A stretch of 64,000 nucleotides of DNA, taken from positions 1,689,546-1,753,545 of the forward strand of contig RDEW01000003.1 of the NCBI GenBank assembly GCA_011109175.1, in the 5' to 3' direction. Below the pieces are notes generated by a model. It was not told the origin of the DNA, made no database searches, and saw only the letters and a list, made by a program, of their open reading frames with translations. This DNA is from Dicyema japonicum. Its lineage: Eukaryota > Animalia > Dicyemida. The stretch's first letter is position 1, and every line of letters starts with the position of its first letter. The translations under genes were made by a program, and so were the position numbers. Shown here in pieces: positions 12,815 through 28,204 of the stretch.

Positions 12815-15792
12815 GGCTGCGTTTTACAAGAACATCGTACTCTGCCGGTCCCGAAAACCTTCCAGTAGTGTTATTGAAGAACCTTAGAGATATGGGAGTC
12901 GGTTTTCTAACGTCGGTTTTCAACTATTCAATTAATTGTAATGCAATTTTGAATATTTAAATTGTAGCGTGGCTTTATGTGGTCCACCAATTCAAACAAT
13001 TCAAAAGGATTTGGTAACGCCCAGAGGGCTTCTAATACCCTCTCGAAAAGGACCATTAGACCCCTTCCTCCCCGGGTCATTATCGACCTCCGGCGATATG
13101 TTTCAAGAAAGTCCAAACATTCCCTGCGAAAACCCTCAGCCCACTGTGGAGATAAGAAATTTACTGCTCTCCAATAAACATCAACGGAATTAAAGGAAAG
13201 GTCAGGGAACTCCGTCAATCCTGGCAAATCAGAAGATCGCCGTGGCCATGATTCAAGAAACTAAACTCCGCATGCATGATTCCACTCCTTTATTCCCTGG
13301 ATACGAAGCCATCAGGATGGAATGTAAAAAGAGAAGAGAGGGTGGACTACTTACTCTATTCAAAAAGAACCTGAAATGCAGAGATATTACTTCGGAAGTG
13401 AGGAAACTTGTAGGAAATTACGAGGTTACTGAGACAATTGAAATCTCGCTTGGGACAACGAAAGGAAGTCTGTGCCTCGTGAATATCTACCTTTTTTTGG
13501 CTCCTGCCCAAAGGACTATGTTATTCCAAACCTATCAAGATTGCCTATCTACGATGAGATAATCATATGTGGAGATTTAAATGCAAAGCACCCATTATGG
13601 TTGTCAACCCAACAGGCCGACACGAGAGGGAAGCTATTGTTATTGAAATCGGACTCCCTAACGATACTGAACGATCCAGCGAAAAATACAAGGACCCCAC
13701 TAAGAGAGATGGATCAGCCTACCTTACCGGATGTAACACTCTGCTCATCGTCGCTTTCATCAAAAATTGATTGGTCAGTCTTCTACGAAACAAGAAGCGA
13801 CCATAATCCAATTGTGAAAGGTCATGAGAAAAGTCATAGTGAGGAGAACACCTGCTAGTCAAAACTACAAAGCTACTAATTGGGAATTGTATCGCGCAAT
13901 CTCTGATGATAGACTGAAGAATTGTTACTTTGTCAGCTTCAAATCGCTAGAAAAAGTGATCAAATACTTTACTTGCACAATCCTAGAAGCAAGATCATTG
14001 GCAATTCCCAAGCATCGTCTAAACTCCTCTAATGGTGGAGGGAAGTCGGCATTGATCAAAGAAGGAAATCACCTCAAAAAATCTAATTGGATCACATTAA
14101 AAACGAAACTCCGGATCAGAGCTCTAAACAACGAAATAAAGGCCAGAGAGTTCAAGGCACTGAAATTGAAGTGGAATAGGATTCTTACAAAAGTAAATCG
14201 CAACCGTAGTACTGGAGAAGTGTGGAAAGCAAACTTCCCCCGAGGATGACTATACTCAACGAGACGTTAACAATTTGATAAAATTCTACACAAAAATTTC
14301 GTACAAGGAACACAGGAAGTCGGAAGTGCTTCTCTCTTCACGGAGAAAACTGAAGAAGGATTCTAACCCAGTTTACTTCTCGGATGAAGACGTGAAGAAT
14401 GCGCTGCGTTTTACAAGAACAACGTACTCTGCCGGTCCCGACAACATTCCAGTAGTGTTATTGAAGAACCTTGGAGATATGGGAGTCGGTTTTCTAACGT
14501 CGATTTTCAACTATTCAATTAATTGTAATGTAATACCGTTGTTATGGAAGCAAGCCAATATCCGACCTATACTGAAACCTGGAAAACCTAAGGAAGATCC
14601 GGCATCATTTAGACCTGTGTCATTGTTATGTTCCGCATCGAAAATCCTGGAGAGGCTTGTGCTTGGGAGAATCAAGGCTTTCTTCTCAGAAAAGGATTTT
14701 TAACACGGATTCAAGAGCGATTGTTCTACATCAACGTACCTACAGAAATTAACCAACTTCATTAGAGATGGATTTTCAAACAAACCAAGGCATTTGAAAA
14801 CAGTCTTATGTTCCATTGATATTAACAAGGCCTTTGATTCTATTTCGAGAAAATATTATCGAAGAAAATTTTCCAGTCGAGATCCCGGGAAGCTTAAACT
14901 TTGGATAACAAATTTCTTAAGTGGACGAAGGGGACGTGTATGCCTCAGAGGACTGAAATCAGTCTCACGTCTTCTCCCAAACAGTGTCCCCCAAGGATCT
15001 CCTTTATCCCCCGCCTTATTCAATTTATACCTGGCCGACCTCCCGACACCGGAATCCAATAACGATGTTCTACTCACATATGCGGACGACATTGTTTTGG
15101 CCTCGCGTGATCGGGATATCCAAAATGCTACAGAAAGATTACAAATTAACCTGGACCGACTCAACGCCTGGGTAATGAAGAACCGACTCACGATAAATTC
15201 CAGAAAGTCGGTCACGTCTATGTTTACTTCGGACAAAAGGTTGAGGAAGATGACTGCCAAGTTAAAATTGGACAACATTGAAATCCCTTCAGCAAATGTC
15301 AAAGATCCTGGGCGTGACACTGGATACACACTTATGTTTGTCACCACACGTGGCAAACATTGTTCTGAAGTGCGAGAAGAAGGATCAATGTATTAAAATG
15401 TTTATCTGGAATATGGAAGAGGTACCCACCCGGTCTTGATGAATTTACAAGCAATACATCGAACCATGCTTCTCGCACGCGTGTGCTTCGTGGGACCTTC
15501 ATTATCATGGACGAATACTAAAAAATCGAGGACGTACAAAAGAAGGCTTTCAGAGTCACGGAGCGGTGGACTTATGGGAGACACAGAACCGTACCGACTA
15601 CTCTGGAGGCCCTGATCAAACTAAACTCCGGCATGCATGAAGGTGGCCCTGCAAATACAGTCAGCCGCCCTGTACGAGCTTGTGTGGGTACGAGGGAGGA
15701 GCACCGGGAAAGAATGAGGATTTTGGCGGAGCGCATCGGGATCACGTGATAGTTAGTTTTGGTTTTACCGTGGTCTTGGGTGTTAAATAAAT
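12815..15792 (+). mobile_element. Full-length Ingi/Vingi-like LINE (single ORF APE+RT, no ORF1 or RNase H seen), frameshifted
   Basis: 5' fold with ATG 12977; APE motifs MIQETKL, CGDLNAKHP, RSDHNPI; RT motifs FRPVSLL, IDINKAFDS, PQGSPLSP, YADD; 3' GGGATCACGTGA module. Confidence 0.92.
12969..13055 (+). ncRNA. HDV-like 5' fold with an expanded, non-canonical L3
   Basis: P1 GGCUUU/AACGCC (one mismatch), AUG, P2 UGGUCC/GGACCA, extended P3 ACCAA...UUGGU, P4 AGAGGG/CCCUCU, J4/2 CGAAAA. Confidence 0.6.
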
Positions 15793-16145
15793 AATGCATA
15801 AAACCAAAGATCAGCTATAGATGCGTTGCATGGAGTATGGCCTTTCTAAAACAAGCCTAAATAAGATCGCCGACTTCCAAAATGCAGTTACAGAACCTTC
15901 CAATTTTCTCTACTACCCTGTTACGACCGACACCAATTAAGACCCTTCTGAAGAGAACGGACGCTCAAATGATACTCTCGAACCACCGGTGTGTTCCTAG
16001 AGTTTATAGAAAGTGTGTTGGATCGCGAGAGGAACATCGAAAAAAGTTGAGAAGGCTATTAAAAGAAGTTAGAATCACCTAATGGGTTGTTTCCTTCCTA
16101 ACCCAATGGTGATTTTTGGTTTTTAAATAATGAAATAAATAAATG

Positions 16146-16264
16146 ATGCTATAAAATCATCTCCCAATGACCGCCAAATTCTTAAAATTAGATATTTATC
16201 AGGGTGATATAAAATCATCCCAATGACCGCCAAATTCTTAAAATTAGATATTTATCAGGTGATC
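16146..16264. repeat. Tandem duplication, about 57 bp x2
   Basis: TATAAAATCATC(TC)CCAATGACCGCCAAATTCTTAAAATTAGATATTTATCAGG occurs twice in tandem. Confidence 0.9.
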
Positions 16265-16474
16265 CACCAGTTCAAAGAGACGCCCACCATGGCCGCACAC
16301 AAAAGAATCTCGCTCTTCTCTACTATGAAAAATTCCAAAGACCACGGTAACACCAAGCTAACCATTCACGGAATTCCGAGACCTCAACTTGACCCAATTC
16401 TATCCACGTAACGATTAAGTACAGTTATGAACAAAATCATAAACAAATAAAATCGAATTAAAATGAAAAATTAA

Positions 16475-19133
<2,659 letters not shown>

Positions 19134-19299
19134 AATAAATTGTTGACTGCGCTTCGAAGATCTGTGACTCTAAAAGTATCTTAAATGTACAACACATACC
19201 ATGATGTTTATTTAAATTTTTATTGTAAAAAATTAATATATATTTACTATAATCTTATAAAGTGTTATAAATAAAATTTACAATAAATATAAGGTAAAA

Positions 19300-21430
19300 T
19301 TTACACCTCCCTGCGTTCATTTCGTCCTAGTAGTGGAGGTGGTATGATGGCTTGAGACCCGGTCACCTACGTGATCTCACAGCTCCAATGATGGGATCTG
19401 TCGGAAAGGATCTTTCGAATGTTATTTGCGAACTGATCAACAAAATTCTTTCTGGATGTTTGTCTCCTTTCGGTCGAGATATGTTATTTTCTGCTAATCT
19501 TGTTGCTCTCCGAAAGCCTGACGGCGGTGTCAGACCGATTGCTATTGGAAACGTGTTCAGGAGACTTGCAGCTAAAGTCGCTTGCTTTTCTGGGGTTCAA
19601 AGATTACTTCCTATTTTCAGTCCTATACAGATGGGCGTTGGAGTTCGTGGCGGTGCAGAGGCTTGTGTCCACGCAGTGAGGAGTTTTTTCACGTCGTCGT
19701 CCGAATGCAAAGAGGACGTTGTTGTCTGCAAAGTAGATCTTAAGAACGCATTTAATTCCATAAGGAGAGATCATTTATTGGAGTTATGCCAAAAAAATTT
19801 ACCACATATTTGGGAGATTGTTCGCCTTTCATATTCTAATCCATCATCATTGGTTTTCCACGATGCCATCATTAAATCACGAACTGGTGTTCAACAAGGC
19901 GACCCACTTGGACCTCTTCTCTTTGCTTTGGGGATCCAGGAGTAGCCGCATGCTTAAAATCACCTTTAAATTTATGGTATTTGGATGACGGAATCATTGG
20001 TGGACATCCAGATACAGTTTTGGAGGACGTGCGTCGTTTGATATCTGAATTCGAAGCGATTGGCCTTTCTGTCAACAAGGCCAAATGTGAATTAATCAAG
20101 ATCAATTTGAGTCCCGATCTGACTACTTTCTACAATGACCAGTTTAAATACACTCTCGAAAATTATGCATCGGTTCCAGTTGGGGAGTCTCTGTTCCTGG
20201 TTCTCCTATATTCGAAGACCAAATTGTGGACGTGTTTAAAGAAAGGACAATAGAGCTCGGTACTTTTGAGACCCGTTTGCGGCATGTTGACAACCATATT
20301 GCCCTCTTCCTATTGAGAAACTGCTTGTCCATTCCAAGATTAAACTATTTACTAAGGACTGCACCATGTTATAAGTGTGATTCCCTTTTAATGGAATACT
20401 CTGATTGCCTCAAAAGATGTACTGAATTCGTACTTAACGTTTCTCTTGATACCCCTGGATGGATACAGACTCAATTACCGATATCATTGGGTGGAATCGG
20501 TCTTACTACTCCCTGCCAAATTGCTGGCCCGGCGTATTTTGCCTCAAAACTTTCATGCAAAAACCAAGTGGACTCAATTCTTTCAAAGCTTCCATCTCGG
20601 AAACTGTCCAATGACTTGGTTGAATACATGGACGTGTGGCGAGTGAAGGGCTTAGCGAGCCGCGTAATCCAGACCAACAATCGTCTTGGATGATCCATAG
20701 ATGGAATGCTCTGGCATCCAACCTAGTCAGCCGGCTCTCTGGACATCGCCTGGACTGTTTCCAAAATTCGAGGGAGACGGTTGATGGATCTTGGCTTGGG
20801 GTTTACCCATGTCAAGAAGTTGGTGGATTGTTGGATGATGACTCTTCGTACAACTGTATGTCTACACCTCGGATTGCCTGTTTGCACCAAATCGAAGTGC
20901 AAATGTGGCTGTCTATCGGACGAACTGGGTCTCCACCTCCTCTCATGCCGGAGCGGAATTGGCAGATCTTCTCGACATTCGGCAATGAACGGCATCATTA
21001 AGAGGGCATTAGAATCGGCTGGATTCCGTTGCCGGATCGAACCGACTGGTCTATTTGACAACGGAAGACGCCCTGACGGCATGACCTCCTTTCCTTTTGA
21101 GCGAGGGCGAAACCTTGTATGGGATGTGACCTGTGTCTGCTCTTTCGCCCCAAGCAAAAAAAATAATTCACCGGGCAGACCTTCTTCTCAAGCAGAGGAA
21201 GTAAAAAATGCTAAATATTCGGATATCAGCGACAGGTACATTTTCGCACCTGTCGCGATTGAAACTTCGGGGAACTTTGGCCCTAAAACGCTGAAGTTCC
21301 TGAACCATTTGGAAAACTACTAACTGACAAAACTGGTGATCTTCGTGAGACGAGATGGCTCAAGGAGAGGCTCTCGTTGGCTGTTGTCCGTGGGAATAGC
21401 TTGTGCATCTCCCAACAGCTGAATTAAAAT
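19300..21430 (+). mobile_element. CRE-like non-LTR retrotransposon (RT + RLE), 5'-truncated and frameshifted
   Basis: LRKPDGGVRPIAIGNVFRRLAAK, GVQQGDPLGPLLF, WYLDDG, CKCG..H..C, RRPDGMT, LVWDVTC, PVAIETSG. Confidence 0.92.
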
Positions 21431-21859
21431 TAACTATTCTTTTTCCTTTTCCTTATAAAATATTTTAAATTTCAAATATAAGGTTGGTTGAGCAGATTGT
21501 GTTTTGTTGATGCTATCGTTCGTGTCGATTCGCACATAGCTACTTACTTGGTCGAAAGATTCCTTTTCTTAATTTTGCCTTCTTTAATTCTTGGTTGAAT
21601 GATCTTTGTTTTGCTAGTTTCTTTTTGTCAATTCTCGATTAGTTCAGTTTCGTGTGATCCATCAGTCTTAGTAGGTGTCGGGATGGCATCAAAAAGAGTA
21701 TTTTCTCTCCCCTGCTTCATGGAATATTCCTTAGAAGGCTTCTCATAACTGTAGTATGCATGGACTCGTGTGGTTGGAAGGTCTTTCTGTGACCATGGGA
21801 ACTGGATATGCTCAATTAATTAAATTATTTTTTATGTATTCGGGTTTAATAAACCAAAA

Positions 21860-22330
21860 AATATGATATCAACGTGGGGTGTCTAAGTCTCGATTCACTA
21901 GTATAACTTTCCTGCGAGTCCAGAACTCTTTCTGTGGTCACTGATCAGTCGGGCCGATATCTAAATTGCAATCAAAAAGTCAAACCGTAAAACAATTAAC
22001 CTCTAAGTGTGGGAGTATGATTCACCAACCTACGTGTGGAGGCATGATGAGGTAATACGGTATATCTACCAATACACATCAGAAAGTTGGGGTTGAAACT
22101 CGTTCGAATAATCAGCGGCGCTCATCGTAAACACCAAATCGTGATTGCTAAGTCGACCCAGGAATTCCATATATAAATTACTTAGTGTTGAAGATGCAAA
22201 TATTTGATTAAATGGGGTGCAGCAATCAAGATTTCAGTTGTCGTATAGTACAATAAGCCTGATATTGTGCTTTATGATAAGCTGTGAGTGTAACTACAAC
22301 ATAGGAGTTGTATTACTCACCTAGAGCATT
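21860..22330 (+). mobile_element. Degenerate R4/Dong-like RLE remnant
   Basis: Motifs WRHDEVIRYIY (about 22036) and NKPDIVLYDK (about 22252). Confidence 0.5.
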
Positions 22331-22589
22331 TGCAAAACGTGAAGAAAACCAAGTACCCTCTTTCACAAATGAATTGGAAATAATGGGATAACATTGTAGC
22401 CATGTCCCACGTGGGGTTACTTGTGACAGTTGTAAGTGCAAATAAATATCCACTGATATAGGAAAGTAATTGTGCTCGAGAAACGATCAAATGTGAGCTC
22501 TTCAAATCCACTTGTGCAAAAGGATGATATTGAGCGTTGATCAAAATCTTCCTTAAAACGGAAGCGAATCACGTGCGATAATTATTAAT

Positions 22590-22870
22590 GGACTTTCGCC
22601 GTGTCATGGTCATGGCAAAGTATGTGCAACCCAAGCAAGCTCACGGAGTCCATCTGAGACATCTCCTTCTCTGAGACGTCTCCCAATCTTTTGGAGGTCA
22701 TAATCGGTGGGGAAATCATTAATTGTCCAAAAAATCTGAGACTCTCGAAAGTGAAGTCCTCCATGGTCACGGTAGCTGGGGCTTCCTATCCACTCTCAAT
22801 ATATGTCCAAATAGGCCTCCATCAAGCTTCCATGATTTCAATCGAGATTGACAAGCACCTCATCCTCTCC
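22590..22870 (-). mobile_element. RTE-like LINE 3' remnant
   Basis: Degenerate WRP(L)FGHILR..EAPA motif, similar to 44575-44787 (RWRLFDRIMRMEIDTPAN). Confidence 0.45.
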
Positions 22871-22874
22871 ACAT

Positions 22875-23445
22875 TTTTTATTTATTTAACCCAAGACCAC
22901 GGTAAAAACCAAACTAATTATCACGTGATCCTGATGCATTCTAACAGAGACCTCATCTTTGGCCGGTGTTCTTCCTTCGTGCCTGTGCATGAACGTACAG
23001 GACGGCTGCCTGAATTTTCCAACGCTCCGTTACTCTGTAAGCCTTCGTTTGCATTTGTTCAATTTTCCTCATATTTGTCCAAGATATGGACGGTCCCTAC
23101 GAGGCGCATGCATATGAGAAACATGGGTCGATGTACTGTTTGTACACGTTCATCAAGACTGAGTGAGTACCACTCTTCCATATTCCAGATAAACTTTTCA
23201 ATACGTTCAGTTTCTTCTCGCATTTCAATAGAATGTAATCTACGTGTGGTGTCAGACAGATGCATATCAATTGTCACACCCAAGATCTTTTGACATCTGT
23301 TGAAAGGGATGCCGACCTTTTTTAACTTCATGGTGACTGTTTTCCTTCCCAATTTTTTGTCAGAGGTAAATAGTGACGTAGACGACTTCTCTGCATTCAT
23401 CACGAGCCGGTTTTCCATTATCCAGGCATTAAGCCTGTCCAGGTT
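22875..23445 (-). mobile_element. Ingi/Vingi-like LINE 3' fragment
   Basis: ORF 23059-23418 (KSSTSLFTSDKK...QKILGVT) is homologous to 15170-15400, with a GGATCACGTGA 3' module. Confidence 0.85.
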
Positions 23446-23454
23446 AATTTTTAT

Positions 23455-25625
23455 TAATTTATTATTTTTGTCCCAGGATCACCGGATTAAAAGAATAAAG
23501 AAAGTTCATAACTAACTAAGTGATCCCAGACCGACAACTTGGGATTTGGGTCCGCCGGGGACGGGCGTCCAGAATTGCCCTTCTAAAAGGGCAGGGCTTC
23601 GACTCATATCTCCTGTTCATCTGGAGATATGAGATGAGTAGCTCATGCGGAGGATGATCTGGTATCCTTGATCCTTTAATGAGAATTCTTTGTTTTTAGA
23701 TAGAAAGATCTTCTGTAGATATAGGGGAGATTGTTGGGTCGACAATAGTCTTTGCGGCCTTTTGAATAATAGATGGTCGATGTTTTTGAAACAAACATAG
23801 ACCAAGCCTCACTTGCATAGATCAACGTCGGCTGGACAAACCGTTTGTATATCATCTGAAGGCATCCAGCGTCATTTCTGAGAGCCTTGGTAACGACTTT
23901 TAATATCGTCATTCTTTTCAGTGCGGCTGTTACCCGGTTATCCACATGCTTTGTGAAAGAGAGTCCCTGGTCGAGTGTCACTCAAAGTATATTTGGTGTG
24001 TAATTGGTGGGATTTACTGTGTTATTGAGAGAAATGTTAGTGTTTCTTGCATGTGTAAATAGGGTAGTATAGGATTTTGAAGGGGAATCACTTGTCCACA
24101 TTTTTCACTTAAGAAGTTGGCAATCCATAGTTTTATGTTTGGGTGGATGCATTTTTTTCAGTTACGAGTTTTCTTGAGACTGTGTCGAAAGCCTTTGTTA
24201 TATTAACAGAAACCAAGACTGTTCGTTGATGTGGTTTAGTATTTGAATCCCTCCGCAATGAACTGGCACAAGGACGTTAGGTATGTTGCTGTAGAGTGTT
24301 TAGTCCTGAATCTGTTTTGGAAAAGAACGATCGGGATGTAGTCTTTGATATTTTCATGAACTATTCTCTTGATAATTTGGGAAAGTGAACATAAAATTGA
24401 AATTGGTCTGTAAGAATAGGAGTCATTTTCGGATTTTCCTGACTTCTAGATCCGTTTGATGTATGTTCTTTTCTAAACATTTGGAACAGTGTTTATATTC
24501 ATTCATTTTGTGAATATGTAAGCAATTAAATCTAAATCAAAAGGTCCTATATGCTTTAGTTCTGTTGTAGAAATAATGTCTGGTCCTCGGACTTTGATAT
24601 TTCCCACTTGAGTCCTCGCCGTTAATATGGTTCACACGTATGATCTTTTCGGTTTTATTCTGTTTAAGAGTACTTGGTGTTCTTTTTTGGAGTTTTTATG
24701 TGCTATGGAAGCATAGTATTTCATTAAGGTGTTTGGTTGTAATGATATCCCATTTTGCGGTTCTCCCTTTTGGTAGATTTGATTTTGTTCCAGACCTTCT
24801 GTACTGACGGATTTTCTGTTAGAACTTTTTATAGTTCTGTCCTGCGTTTCTCGTTTGTTTTACTGATATATTTGTTAATCTCCTTGTTTAGTGTACGAAT
24901 TCTTATTATATCCTCCTTCGACGGTATTTCTTTTTCTTTAAATAGTTTCTTTGACTAAATGTTTGGCTGTTGAATTGAATCGCCTGTTTGTCGGTTGTCT
25001 TCCCAATGGAATATATAATTTTCTAGTTTCTTGAATGAACAAAGAGAATTGCTTTATACTGTTGTTTAGTGATGAGGCTGCATGTAGTTTTGATAACTTG
25101 ATCTGCATGTCAATATAGCAAATCTTGGCCAGTCATCTAAGTTATAATTTATCAAAGTAGGAGTGACTCCATAATTTGATCTTGTTTTTATTTGTAAAAT
25201 GATGGATTATGATTATTCATAGTTTTGTATTTCACGCTCAATGAAATTAAAGAAGCCACAAGGGGAGACGCGATTTAGACGTCAGGGGATGACGGTTTAT
25301 ATTTTGTCTTGAGGGGTTCTTGTGTGAAAGTTAGGGTCGTTTAGGATGCAAAAGGTTCCCAAGTCTTCGATTAGCATATCTCCCGCCTGTTTGACGTCTG
25401 ACCTCTCAGCCAGAGCGGATATTTTGTATTTAGGTCACCGCAAATAAGAACACTCTTTAGTGAGTTGATGACGAAAGTTTTGGACAAGTGGCTGATGATG
25501 TAGGAGGTAGATATGAATTGATCAGATAAGACGTAATCTTGGGATTTGGATTTTTGTGGCCAGAATTTCGATACTTTCATGGTTTTGGAGACAGTTGTAG
25601 ACGTATTTGGTGATATCTTCATAAA
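23455..25625 (-). mobile_element. Degenerate Ingi/Vingi-like LINE (APE to 3' end)
   Basis: GGLLTIIRKG, ICGDLNTKYP, INITKAFDTV-like motif, YKRFVQPTLIYASEAW, and a GGGATCACTTAG 3' module. Confidence 0.8.
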
Positions 25626-25649
25626 GGATCCCTTTTCGTATGATAGTTA

Positions 25650-26545
25650 GTAAACCTCCCCAAGTTTCAGGGGGCAGCTCGAGGAGTCGAAGTAGGGCCG
25701 ATTTGTCTTCTGACACAAAGTCGACGTCGTCCGCATAGGCAATTTCAACGATGTTGCCATCATAGAACTTCCAAAGATATCGTAATGCCGCCTCCAGATA
25801 TATGACAAATAGCAGAGGGGGAGGGAATCTCCCTGGGGAGTACTAACATTGCACGTAAATTTACGGGATAACGTCTTACCGATCCGCACTCTGTGCTTCG
25901 TGTTAGATAGCAACACTCTGATCATATTGACAGAATCTGGGTCCAAGAATTATTTCAGTATCTTGAGAAGTAGACCACGATGGACCGTGTCAAAGGCCCT
26001 AGAAGGTTCATTCCCAGGACTGTTGTTGCACGTTTAAATCTCTGGTTGATAGCGCAGCGCCACTTGTGGCTCCATACTACATCTGCAGTGGATCTTCCTG
26101 TCCTGAATCCACTGTGACTAGGAGATAGATAGTTGTCCACTTGTTCTCTGATTCGGTTCAGCGTAACTAATGCCAGAAGTTTCCGTAAGGTGTTTAGCAG
26201 GATTATTGGACGTAGGTTTTCAACAGGCCCAGCATGCTTGTTAGGTTTTTGTATTGGTATTAATAGTCCGGATCCAAGAGCTGGGTATTTTTTTAATAAA
26301 CATAGAGTTGAGTAGTTTTGCCAACTTGTCTGTTAGTGCAGGTATGACAAGTTCTGAATTGATTCCATCCGGTCCAGGGGAGCGACCATTCTTAAGTGTG
26401 ACCATTGCATTTGAGATTTCGCGAGGTGTGATAGCTTTATCAAGTTGGGTGGCGTATCCACAAGTATGATCAGATATTTCTCTACGGACAGTTAATATAT
26501 CCTCGACATACGACGCAATATATTTAGCCTGATCTTCTAATTGAT
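25650..26545 (-). mobile_element. RTE-like LINE RT fragment
   Basis: LRPIILLNTLRK, SGFRTGRSTADVVWSHKW, STPQGDSL, YADDVDF. Confidence 0.8.
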
Positions 26546-26797
26546 TGTGAAGGGAATGGATTAGTTAATAATGTAAAATATTTTTTGATAATAAAAGAAA
26601 ATTACTACACAATTAGGACATATTATATTAAAAATATAGTAAAATTAAATTAAAAAAAATATTAATATTTTGGCAAACCAAAATATTAATAGACGCTCTG
26701 AGGTTTATCGGTAAAACCATTTGTATTGTTTGTCGTCAATGTATAAATCTTAATTTAAAACTACATTCTCAGAGTATGGTTTTTGTTCTATTTGTAG

Positions 26798-27563
26798 ATG
26801 TTTTTGCACAAATTTACCAAAATAAAAACAAATTTTCTTTCTTTTCTTACGGACGCTTTATTCATGGAAAAAAATTTGCCAAATTTATCTGCCAATTTTT
26901 ACAGGAAGAAATTAAATTCAGAACTTTGTGACGGTTCCAAGTACTTTGAACCTTTTGCAAATCTAATTGATTGTGAATCAGTTCACTACGCCTATGGCTC
27001 ACCATGCTATCCCCCATACTATCAATACGATGAAACACAAAATTTTTATCAGCCGATCATTCATGACTGTGGTTTTCCGTCCCCGCCTATTTATTTCGAC
27101 GATTTCAACAGTCACCTCCACGTTTATGATGGAACCGATTCGCCCAGCTTAAATTCGTTCTGCTCAGTTTCCGAGAAGTTGCCCTATCCCAACAATGAAT
27201 CCAACGACTGTCACATCGGGGAGTCGGCCGAATCCTCTGTGAATCTAAATTGTACCCAATTTGTAAAATTTAGATTTTGTTAGTTCTGAAATCCCAAACA
27301 AGGAGTGTTACTATCAGAATTACGTAAAACGCTTGATTCAGAACCGAGAAGCCTCGCATCGATATAGAATGCGGAGAAAAGACCAAAGGACCGGTCAGTA
27401 TCAACGTCTTTATGAAATGAAGGCTAAAATAGTCGAGATTAACAGAGAAAGTGAAGCTGTGAACGGGGAAATAGCTTATTTTGAATCCCAAATTAAAAAT
27501 TTTCTTAATACAACAAACGATAACATATTTAACCCATTTAACAAGACTAGTTTTTTTCGATAA
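26798..27563 (+). CDS. bZIP transcription factor (ATF/CREB-like)
   Basis: A 22-nt intron (about 27252-27273) joins ORF 26798 to KRLIQNREASHRYRMRRK followed by a heptad zipper. The start codon could be 26798 or 26863. Confidence 0.8.
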
Positions 27564-28204
27564 TTTTAATTTAATTTAAAATCAATTAAAAGGAAATTAA
27601 GAGTTAATAAATTAATAAATGTGGAAGCTTGTCTGCATGGCTAGTTTTTACAAAAATTCGCTGAATAGCCAGCGGCGCTCGCAGAAAACAGCAAAGCGTG
27701 ATTGCTAAGTTGACCCAGGAATTCAGTACATTAATGAGTTTCACATTTTCAAAACGTGATATGCGGTTAGTAAATTATATTCTTTCATCAAAATTTTCGG
27801 TTTTGTAAATTCCATTTTTGTCCAAGTCGTTATCCTTTTCAGCAACTGTGGGATTTAATTATTTTATCCACCCACCTACGATGTGGTTGGAGGATAAGGA
27901 TGCCTTTGCACTAGATCACTAGGACTCGATGTGGGGACCTCTTTGCTTGCTTTGAATCACTATAGTGAAGACCTCTGCAGTGAATTACAAATAATCACCA
28001 AGTATCACTTTGCTTGTCCTCGAATACCGGGGGAAGACACTTTGACTATACGAAAGGATCAAGTTCTACAAAATGCCAGCGATTGAATATACGTTGTTGC
28101 ACTGATATTTGATGACTCACATGCGTTTTCCAGTTAGTACTAATTTAATATTATCCGGCCACAATTATTGCTTTGTGGTGAAAATCGACTTAATCTAATT
28201 TACC

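Larger units (their letters stand above)
12600..16145 (+). mobile_element. Old LINE 3' fragment (12600-12814 + 15793-16145) split by a younger full-length LINE
   Basis: Joining the flanks restores ...SLYTQ|CIKPKISYRCVAW. The ORF ends EVRIT* in a GAATCACCTAA module. Confidence 0.7.

Noticed and set aside
14856-15356. Long antisense ORFs over RT regions (also 60220-60690, 20723-21157, 22691-23293)
   Set aside because: They are shadows of retrotransposon coding sequence with no independent motifs.
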